A stretch of 64,000 nt of DNA, taken from an uncultured Bacilli bacterium. Lineage in GTDB: Bacteria; Bacillota_I; Bacilli_A; RFN20; CAG-288. Location of the stretch: positions 11,044 to 75,043 of the forward strand of contig CALVKB010000002.1 of NCBI GenBank assembly GCA_944332485.1, written 5' to 3'. How positions within the stretch are numbered: the stretch's first letter is position 1; the number at the start of each line of letters is the position of its first letter. Of the stretch, positions 57,050-64,000 are shown piece by piece. Below the pieces are notes generated by a model that saw only the letters and a list, made by a program, of their open reading frames with translations, did not search any database and had not been told where the DNA came from. A program made the position numbers and the translations under genes.

Positions 57050-57418
57050 TTAATTTATTTTTTTAACCCAAAGTCCATGCAAATTGCAGTGCTCGTAGAC
57101 ATTTTGAACTGTTTCATTTGCACCGACTGTGAATTTTGCTTTAGGTTCTTCGTTAGGTGAAAGTTTTCTAACATAGACAGATTTATCAGTTTCAACGACG
57201 ATCAAATCAATCAAGTGAGCTTCGGTCATCGGATGCAAAACCTCACCTACAACAACGCTTACTTCACAACCTTCGATGTGAACTACAGGAACATGTTTTT
57301 CAACTGCAGCATCAGTTGTGTTTGCTTTTACTTCTGTTAAGGAAGTGACATCAACTTCATTTAATGAAGCTAAAGCGTGGATGCCATTATTTTTATCTTT
57401 ATAAAATTTTAAACTCAT
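57050..57418 (-). CDS. superoxide reductase (1Fe-SOR / neelaredoxin type) with a ~38-aa N-terminal extension
   Basis: Signature EKHVPV, HPMTEAH and C-terminal YEHCNLHGLW (four His plus one Cys iron ligands). Confidence 0.85.
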   Translation of the reverse strand: MSLKFYKDKNNGIHALASLNEVDVTSLTEVKANTTDAAVEKHVPVVHIEGCEVSVVVGEVLHPMTEAHLIDLIVVETDKSVYVRKLSPNEEPKAKFTVGANETVQNVYEHCNLHGLWVKKIN

Positions 57419-57971
57419 TTTATTATTTCTCCTTGTAGTTTAATTATATGACAAAAGTTATATTGCAGGTTAGTAAATGCAACATTATATTTAAATAAAA
57501 ATGTACAATAGGTTTTGTTTAAAAAATACGGAGAATATGGACAGTTAGTATCGAATAAATTGTTGTTATTTTTGTAATAAAACGAAAGGTTAAGACATTA
57601 GTAATTTTCACAAGATTCAGTGAAATTGTAGCAATAAATTTATTGTTTGAGTTATTTACAATAATTAAAGTTGCGGTATAAAATTAAAAGATTTTATTTT
57701 TTATCATTTTTAAATTAGATTTTATAATTAACGATTATATTATTTGCTTAAAATCAATCTATATTGAATATAAATCTTATTTTAAAATGAAAATTTTAAT
57801 GTTCCAATTTTTATAAAATATTAAAAGTTGATTTTAAATATTTAAAATAAACATTCTCACTTTATAAATTTAATATCAGTTTTGTGAAGCTAAGGAGAAC
57901 CGCGATTAAATTTAAAGATATTAATTTAATTTAATATTTACTAAAATATTTTAGTTATTTAGGAGGCGTTT

Positions 57972-59678
57972 ATGAAAAACGGTGATTCTAATTCAGATGT
58001 TTTCTCATTGAAGGTCTATAAAGGAAAGACACGATTTGTGTCCTACTTTAAAAACACAATAATGCCAACACTGATTTATGGATTTTTTATCGGTGTTGTT
58101 GTCGGCGTTGTTGTATTTGGCTTTAATTTAATGGCAGAATTTTTGGTGGAACAATCAAAAGAAATTTATTTTTATGTTTCACAACATTTACAATATTTGC
58201 CAGTTTTATTATTAGGTTTAGCAGTTCTTGGTTTCTTTTCTTATTTGATTGCTAAACTTGTCCCTGACTCACAAGGATCCGGTATTCCATATACTGAGGG
58301 AGTTATGCAGGGTAAAATTAAGTTCCAACCAACAGAGATGGCAGGTGCAATCTCCTCAAGTGCTTATTTGACTTTTGCCGGTGGTTTACCATTAGGTGGT
58401 GAAGGACCAAGTGTTACACTCGGTGGTGTTTTAGGACTTTTTGTCAATCGTGTTGGACAGAAAGCTTTCAAACGTGGTAAAGAATATGAAAGAATGTCAG
58501 TAACTAGTGGTGCAAGTGCTGGTTTAGCCGTTGCTTTTAATGCTCCATTGACAGGAATTTTATTTTCCTTAGAAGAAGGTAGTAAGAAGATATCAGCTCC
58601 TATTGTTTTGTCTTGTTGCACAACTGTTATGTTTGCAACTTTAACTTCAAGTGTTTTAAACTTCTTCGTTTCTGGTGAGTTTAGACCTTTGTATTTCAAT
58701 GCTATAGGTGAAACAATGACCGGTATCGACATTCAATATATTTGGATGATGCTTATTTTGGGTATTGTCATAGGATTATGTGCAGCTGGTTTTAGTTATT
58801 TTCAAAGATTTTTTAGAAAGTTTTTCAAAAAAACTAAAATGCCATTGTGGTTAAGAATCATTTTAAGTTTCCTTTTGATCGGTGTTGTTGGTGTATTTGT
58901 TCCTGAAGTTATCGGAGGTGGTGGCAATATAATCACTATGATTGCGACAAATTACACATCACCAGAACAAATTGCAACTTGGTTTATATTGGTTATTTTA
59001 ATTTTGAGACTTGTAATTATCGGATTTTCATCTAACTCTGGATTAACAGGTGGTTTGTTTGTCCCTATGTTATGCTTGGGTGCATTGATTGGCGGATTAT
59101 TAGGTAATTTATTCATTTTGATGGGATTACCTGAAGAATCATATTCAACTGTGGTTGCTATAAGTATGGCTGCATTTATGGGTGCAGTATCAAGAGCACC
59201 TTTGACAGCTATTGTTTTGATTGTTGAAGTTACCGGTGAAGTTTCCTTAGGTTTATTGATGATGATTTTTGTTATCGTTATCAGCTATATGACAATTGAA
59301 TTAACTCATATTATTCCATTCTATGATGAATTACTTGAAGGTATTGAAGAGAGAAAATATCACAACAAGAAATTGCAAAAATTTGATCTTCTTATGAATA
59401 TAGATGAAGATTCATTTGTTGCTGGCAGAGAAATTAGAGATATCATTTGGCCATATGGTGTTTCTGTCACAAAGATTTATTCAACGAACAACGATAATCA
59501 ATTAGTTTATGAAGTCCCTGAAGGTGGACGAAGAGTTTTATATCCAGGTGATGCTATCTTGGTTAGTTGTAAAACCTACGATGATGATGAAACTTTCGAC
59601 GATTTAATCGCGATTTGTAGCTCAAGAAAACTGTACGATTATAAATTCGCGGATATTAATAAGTATTTGCTTCTATAG
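57972..59678 (+). CDS. ClC-family chloride channel / H+-Cl- antiporter with a C-terminal TrkA-C (RCK_C) domain
   Basis: Selectivity-filter motifs DSQGSGIP, GKEGP-like GGEGPS and GGLFVPML; C-terminal RCK_C (VAGREIRDIIWPYGVSV...LYPGDAILV). RBS GGAGG. Confidence 0.85.
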   Translation: MKNGDSNSDVFSLKVYKGKTRFVSYFKNTIMPTLIYGFFIGVVVGVVVFGFNLMAEFLVEQSKEIYFYVSQHLQYLPVLLLGLAVLGFFSYLIAKLVPDSQGSGIPYTEGVMQGKIKFQPTEMAGAISSSAYLTFAGGLPLGGEGPSVTLGGVLGLFVNRVGQKAFKRGKEYERMSVTSGASAGLAVAFNAPLTGILFSLEEGSKKISAPIVLSCCTTVMFATLTSSVLNFFVSGEFRPLYFNAIGETMTGIDIQYIWMMLILGIVIGLCAAGFSYFQRFFRKFFKKTKMPLWLRIILSFLLIGVVGVFVPEVIGGGGNIITMIATNYTSPEQIATWFILVILILRLVIIGFSSNSGLTGGLFVPMLCLGALIGGLLGNLFILMGLPEESYSTVVAISMAAFMGAVSRAPLTAIVLIVEVTGEVSLGLLMMIFVIVISYMTIELTHIIPFYDELLEGIEERKYHNKKLQKFDLLMNIDEDSFVAGREIRDIIWPYGVSVTKIYSTNNDNQLVYEVPEGGRRVLYPGDAILVSCKTYDDDETFDDLIAICSSRKLYDYKFADINKYLLL

Positions 59679-59683
59679 TTAAA

Positions 59684-59730
59684 AAGACTTTGGTTGTATT
59701 GATATAAATCAATCTCCAAAGTCTTTTTTA
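59684..59730. terminator. bidirectional terminator hairpin (AAGACTTTGG ... CCAAAGTCTT + T-run)
   Basis: 10-bp inverted repeat with a ~22-nt loop, flanked by AAAAA and TTTTTT; sits between the ClC stop and the convergent minus-strand gene. Confidence 0.6.
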
Positions 59731-60530
59731 TCATTTAATGAAATAAAAGATAAAGCTGTGCTCATATGATTGTTAACAAGCTTTATCAATAGAAGCAAAC
59801 AAACACTTATCAATATGAAAAACTCTTTTTCTAATCCATCACATTCGTTATTTAAGTCTATTTTAGCTACACCTAAATAATTGTTCTTAGTTTGATGAAA
59901 ATAAGAGATCTTGGCTTTAACTTGATCTAATGCGAATTCGTTTTTGTTTTCTAACTTTAAGAAATAACTCTTATCAAAAAATAATATGTCTTCGTTTTGA
60001 ATGTACATAGCATAATTTGAATTGTTGTTTTCAAATGTAATTTGCTCATCATCGTTCATTGATATGGAAGCATAAACATTGTTGTTTTTGTCTTTTATAG
60101 TCGCTTTAGCTTTTAAAAAATGGGAGATTGATATTGAAAAATTTTCGAATATTTTGTTGTTTGCAAATGAGTAATTTTTATCAAGATTAAGAGACTTAAT
60201 AAGAAATGTTTTAGGATTACCGCTGATGATATTGTTGATATAGACGGAATTTTCAAATGTTGAATTAATAGTTGTCTTGTTATTTGTAATGTCTAATTTA
60301 AGTTTTTGAAAACATTTTTTAGCTTTTAAAACTTTTTTAAATTTGTTGATTAAAAATGATTCTTCATTCAGAAATATGAAAGCTTCACGAACATTATTTA
60401 TCAAGATTATCTTATTTAAAATAGCATCCTGTATTTGCTTAACAGTTTCAACATCATTTATATTCAAATCTAATTTGTTCAACAAATCGATTATTTTTAA
60501 AACAGATTTCTTAGTCATAATATTTACCAA
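59709..60530 (-). CDS. hypothetical protein (273 aa) with a C-terminal hydrophobic anchor
   Basis: Intact ORF, Asn/Lys-rich, with a C-terminal helix FFILISVCLLLLIKLV. Confidence 0.45.
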   Translation of the reverse strand: MVNIMTKKSVLKIIDLLNKLDLNINDVETVKQIQDAILNKIILINNVREAFIFLNEESFLINKFKKVLKAKKCFQKLKLDITNNKTTINSTFENSVYINNIISGNPKTFLIKSLNLDKNYSFANNKIFENFSISISHFLKAKATIKDKNNNVYASISMNDDEQITFENNNSNYAMYIQNEDILFFDKSYFLKLENKNEFALDQVKAKISYFHQTKNNYLGVAKIDLNNECDGLEKEFFILISVCLLLLIKLVNNHMSTALSFISLNDKKDFGD

Positions 60531-60907
60531 TAAGATTATAAAAAATTACATTTGTAATTTTACATAATTAAAACAATTTGTATTTTTAATTAAAAGTTGT
60601 TTAATACTAAATCATTTCTATAACAAAGTAAATATATATTGGACAAATTTTATCTTTTTAAAATATGGGAAAAATATAGTTTTTATTTTGAACCCCAAAA
60701 ATGATAAAAGTTTGATGGTAATAATTCTTTTCAAATATTTTTACAGAATTAATTTAGGAGTGATTTAAACATGCCAAAATCTCATGAAAAATTAGCAAAA
60801 AATAATATTAAATTGATATTTTATATATTTATATTTATAATAATACGAGTTTATTTTTAGTTTTTTGCAACTTTAAAAGTAAATGTAATCAATTTAGGAG
60901 GAATATT

Positions 60908-61042
60908 ATGAAAAGAACTTATCAACCAAGTAAGATTAAAAAGGCTCGTACTTGTGGTTTTAGAGCTCGCATGGCTACAAAAGATGGTAGAAATGTTTTA
61001 GCAAGAAGAAGAGCTAAAGGCAGATATCAATTGGCTGCTTAA
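60908..61042 (+). CDS. rpmH: 50S ribosomal protein L34
   Basis: 44-aa [47 protein letters not shown] with RBS AGGAGG. It is below the ORF-track length cutoff. Confidence 0.95.
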   Translation: MKRTYQPSKIKKARTCGFRARMATKDGRNVLARRRAKGRYQLAA

Positions 61043-61045
61043 TCC

Positions 61046-61390
61046 ATGATAAAAAAATTTCGTCTTTGTAAACAAACAGATTTTCAGAATACCATCAAAG
61101 GTAAAACAAGAATGAAAACCGATTCATTCTCGATAATTTTAAATAAAAATAAACAAAATAAATCCGCTCGTTATGGGATATCCGTAAGCAAGAAACTTGG
61201 AAATGCCGTTGTGAGAAACAGAGTGAAAAGACAAGTGAGAAGCATGATCGGTGAGATTGATTTATTCAAAGAGAAGATCGATGTGATAATTGTTATCAAA
61301 GACGGTTATTTTTCTAAAACATATTTTCAAAACAAAGATATTTTGGAAAATATGTTGAAGCAAACTATTACAAGAGAGGTAAAAAGATGA
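61046..61390 (+). CDS. rnpA: ribonuclease P protein component
   Basis: Basic RNR-like motif VVRNRVKRQVR; located between rpmH and yidC. Confidence 0.9.
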   Translation: MIKKFRLCKQTDFQNTIKGKTRMKTDSFSIILNKNKQNKSARYGISVSKKLGNAVVRNRVKRQVRSMIGEIDLFKEKIDVIIVIKDGYFSKTYFQNKDILENMLKQTITREVKR

Positions 61391-62898
61391 GTCGTACTAC
61401 TAAAAAAATTGCGGTTTTCTCAAGTTTTATCTTTTCTACTGCATTAGTTACATCATGTAGTTTAACTAAACCTTTTTGCTCAAATTTTGATAAAACTCAG
61501 CAAATGTATACCTATTACACTGAGAATGTCGTTAAAAGTACCAAAAATGATGATGGAATTTATGAGATAGAATTTGATGATAATAACCACACTTCTTTCA
61601 GTGACACATTCGTTAATAGTGTAAAAGAATCAAACTTATTTTTACCAAGTGTAGAATTCACCAATTTTATCGATGACAAAGTTGAAGCTTATATTCAAGT
61701 TGATTCAAATTTCAATGAGAGCGTTTTGAATTTGGCATCTGAACATGAGAATGCAATACTCGTTGATAAAGTAAAAAGATCATTAGCATTGTTCGGAGGA
61801 TTTGAAGAGGATCCAAACGAACAGGTTTTGTGGCTTAATTTTAACGGTTGGGTTGATGAATTTGCAACTTTGCACAAGGATAATTTAACCTTAGTTCCTA
61901 GTACAGGATATATAAATTACTTTCAAACACAAATCAATAACGGTGTCAGTCAAATGCAAGCATGTTTGACTCCAACCGATGGTATTTTCAATATGGGTAA
62001 TACCTATATTGAAGGTAAAACCTGGGGACAAGCATTCACTGAATATGGTCCGTTGGAAGGTTTGTTAGTTTATCCAACAGGAATTATGTTGCACTATTTT
62101 GCAACTTGGATGGGTAACACTGGAATCGGTCAAGTTTTCGCTATATTGTTCGTTACTATCATAGTTAGATTGATCATCGTTGTATTCTCTATTTTCTCCA
62201 CTAAGAGTCAAAATAGAATGACAGAATTACAACCAGAAATTGCCGCTTTGCAACAAAAATATCCAAATTCTGACAACGATAAAGAACAAAAAGCAGCATT
62301 GAGCCGTGAAACGATGAATTTGTATAAGAAGAACGGAGTCCATCCATTCTTATCAATTCTCATTTTGATCATTCAGTTCCCAATCTTCATCTCGGTTTGG
62401 TCGGCTATGCAAGGCTCCGCTATCTTAACTGATGGTAGTGTTTTAGGTCTAAGCTTAACGACAACTATCAGTCAAGGTATCACAAGTTTGAGTTCAGCAA
62501 CACCATTAGCTGTGATTCTATTTATAATTTTGTGTATATCGCAATTTATATCTACAAGATTACCTGCTTGGTTCCAGACTTGGCAAACAGAGAAATTTGT
62601 CCGTGTAACTGTTCAAACTGACTCCGGTCAAAAGAGCAGGAAGATGATGAATTATGTCAGCTATTTCATGATTGTATTCATCTGTTTCATGGGCTTCACT
62701 TTGCCATCAGCGATGGCTATGTATTGGTTCTTCGGTTCACTTATCTCTATCGCTCAAACCATAATCACTCAATATGCCATGAAGCGTAGAAGAAGACGTG
62801 GTGGTAAAGGTGGTGATGGTTCAACATTAGCAAGTCAAAGAAGAAGTAAAAATCACACAACAAAAACAAAGACGAAGTCAATTCGTTCAAGTCGATAG
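61387..62898 (+). CDS. yidC: membrane protein insertase YidC (lipoprotein-type, with a basic C-terminal tail)
   Basis: Lipobox ALVTSCSL, large extracytoplasmic N-domain, five C-terminal TM helices and tail KRRRRRGGKGG; ATGA overlap with rnpA. Confidence 0.9.
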   Translation: MSRTTKKIAVFSSFIFSTALVTSCSLTKPFCSNFDKTQQMYTYYTENVVKSTKNDDGIYEIEFDDNNHTSFSDTFVNSVKESNLFLPSVEFTNFIDDKVEAYIQVDSNFNESVLNLASEHENAILVDKVKRSLALFGGFEEDPNEQVLWLNFNGWVDEFATLHKDNLTLVPSTGYINYFQTQINNGVSQMQACLTPTDGIFNMGNTYIEGKTWGQAFTEYGPLEGLLVYPTGIMLHYFATWMGNTGIGQVFAILFVTIIVRLIIVVFSIFSTKSQNRMTELQPEIAALQQKYPNSDNDKEQKAALSRETMNLYKKNGVHPFLSILILIIQFPIFISVWSAMQGSAILTDGSVLGLSLTTTISQGITSLSSATPLAVILFIILCISQFISTRLPAWFQTWQTEKFVRVTVQTDSGQKSRKMMNYVSYFMIVFICFMGFTLPSAMAMYWFFGSLISIAQTIITQYAMKRRRRRGGKGGDGSTLASQRRSKNHTTKTKTKSIRSSR

Positions 62899-62913
62899 AA
62901 AGGTGGAAGTAAA

Positions 62914-63660
62914 ATGAGAGAATTTGAAGGTCAATCTGAGCAAGAATGTTTGAAATTAGCCTCAGAAGCATATAAACTTCCTGTTGAGAAGATAAATTAC
63001 ACCGTTTTGAAGGATGTAACTACTGGTGGATTTTTCAAAAAAACACACTTGGTAGTTATCGGTTGTCCTGATATTCAAGATTTGTTTTACGATGTTTCTA
63101 AATATATATCTTTCATATTGGAAAACATCGGTGTTACAACAACTCCAACTTACACTTATGAATTCAATCCTGAGACTGATATTGTTGTTTTCAGAATTTC
63201 AATTGATGATCGTCAAGATAAGAAATTATCAAGTAAAGTTATCGGATTCCAAGGACGAACTCTCAATGCCATCAATGTTTTATTGAGATTATTTATTCAC
63301 AATAAATACAATCATTCTTATCGTATTTTGTTGGATTGCAACAATTACAAACAACGTAAATATGAACAATTCACCCACTTAGCTTACAGCATCGGTAATG
63401 AAGTTAAAAAAACTCGCAAAGATGTCGAGTTAACTCCGATGACCAGCGATGAAAGAAGAATCATTCACAACATTATCGCAAAGATAAATTACTGTGAATC
63501 TGAATCAATTGGTGCTGGTAAATCAAGACATATTGTTATTAAATACAATCCTAATAAAATTGTTAAAAGAACTAAGTTCAATAAGAATGCAGCATTGGAA
63601 GATATAATATCCGCCGAGGAAATTCACTCAGAATCTGAGGAAGTTGAAGCAGAGAAGTAA
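62914..63660 (+). CDS. khpB: RNA-binding protein KhpB/Jag (KH + R3H)
   Basis: Jag_N, KH-like domain and C-terminal R3H (MTSDERRIIHNIIA); canonical position after yidC. Confidence 0.85.
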   Translation: MREFEGQSEQECLKLASEAYKLPVEKINYTVLKDVTTGGFFKKTHLVVIGCPDIQDLFYDVSKYISFILENIGVTTTPTYTYEFNPETDIVVFRISIDDRQDKKLSSKVIGFQGRTLNAINVLLRLFIHNKYNHSYRILLDCNNYKQRKYEQFTHLAYSIGNEVKKTRKDVELTPMTSDERRIIHNIIAKINYCESESIGAGKSRHIVIKYNPNKIVKRTKFNKNAALEDIISAEEIHSESEEVEAEK

Positions 63661-63667
63661 AATTTAT

Positions 63668-63695
63668 AGCGATATGGTTTCATATCGCTTTTTTA
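63668..63695 (+). terminator. rho-independent terminator (AGCGATATG-GTTT-CATATCGCT + TTTTTT)
   Basis: Perfect 9-bp stem with a 4-nt loop and a T-run, immediately after the khpB stop. Confidence 0.8.
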
Positions 63696-63711
63696 AAAAA
63701 GAGGGTATGGT

Positions 63712-64000
63712 ATGTTGGTTTTTGATACTATTGTCAGTTTAGCTACTCCTAGGATGACAGCAGCATTAGCTATAGTTAGAATGAGTGGAAGTAAAGCTAT
63801 TGAAATTTTAGATAAAGTTTTAAACACTGATGCTTTTAAAATGGAAGCTAATCATTCATATTTACGAAAACTTTATAAAGATGGTAAAAATAAGAAAAAT
63901 ATGATTGATGAAGCATTAGTAACTGTTTTCAAAGCTCCAAACTCATACACCGGTTTTGATTTAGTGGAATTCAGTTTACATGGTTCAATGTTGATTGTTG
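63712..64000 (+). CDS. mnmE: tRNA modification GTPase MnmE (5' portion; continues beyond the window)
   Basis: N-terminus MLVFDTIVSLATPRMTAALAIVRMSGSKAIEIL matches the MnmE N-terminal domain; RBS GAGGG. Confidence 0.85.
   Translation, partial: MLVFDTIVSLATPRMTAALAIVRMSGSKAIEILDKVLNTDAFKMEANHSYLRKLYKDGKNKKNMIDEALVTVFKAPNSYTGFDLVEFSLHGSMLIV

Noticed and set aside
57419-57971. Fluoride or other riboswitch in the 550-bp leader upstream of the ClC gene
   Set aside because: The ClC has the canonical chloride GSGIP filter, not a CLC-F type. No crcB-motif conserved core could be found. The region is simply AT-rich with divergent promoters. The isolated GTTAGTAA copies there are within chance expectation.
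1-64000. CRISPR arrays, rRNA genes, additional tRNAs
   Set aside because: No regularly spaced direct repeats were seen, and no rRNA-like conserved stretches. Only one tRNA cloverleaf could be folded by eye.

Overview
This is a low-GC (~28-30%) bacterial chromosomal segment read with the standard genetic code. TGA behaves as a stop, and many long ORFs are intact. It is rich in lipoproteins: more than ten proteins carry a signal peptide plus a Cys lipobox. It also shows an anaerobic lifestyle signature: class III RNR (NrdDG), two superoxide-reductase-type proteins, and peptidases PepC and PepT. That is consistent with an anaerobic Mollicutes- or Erysipelotrichia-like Bacillota genome (inference). 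The window spans the chromosomal replication origin. dnaN (- strand) and dnaA (+ strand) are divergent around a ~680-bp AT-rich intergenic region that holds at least 8 perfect copies of the 9-mer TGTTAGTAA and a few near-canonical DnaA boxes. dnaA is followed by a CX5R phosphatase, prfA and prmC. The minus-strand dnaX operon (membrane protein, dnaX, recR, tmk, holB, ricT, rsmI) and rpmH-rnpA-yidC-khpB-mnmE lie 3-20 kb to the right. Other housekeeping genes are two tandem P-type ATPases, fruR-fruK plus a PP2C phosphatase, trkA/trkH, nrdDG, a ClC channel and a GntR-TrkA_C regulator. Accessory-like content is: (i) a decayed island next to tRNA-Lys(CTT) with an XRE/ImmA immunity pair, three translationally coupled unknown genes (one a double CPCC-type zinc-ribbon protein), a frameshifted DUF4177 gene and an IS3-family transposase remnant; (ii) a five-gene operon of three orphan cytoplasmic proteins plus an active/inactive pair of M6-like zinc-metalloprotease lipoproteins; (iii) a secreted barnase/RNase Sa-family ribonuclease lipoprotein divergent from a 5'-nucleotidase lipoprotein; (iv) LemA with two large two-TM-hairpin proteins; (v) a compositionally atypical surface lipoprotein; and (vi) a 1264-aa orphan protein next to tandem TM2-domain mini-proteins and a superoxide reductase. 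All calls come from reading the sequence and ORF track by eye. Coordinates of non-ORF features may be off by a few nt, and no database search or computation was possible.
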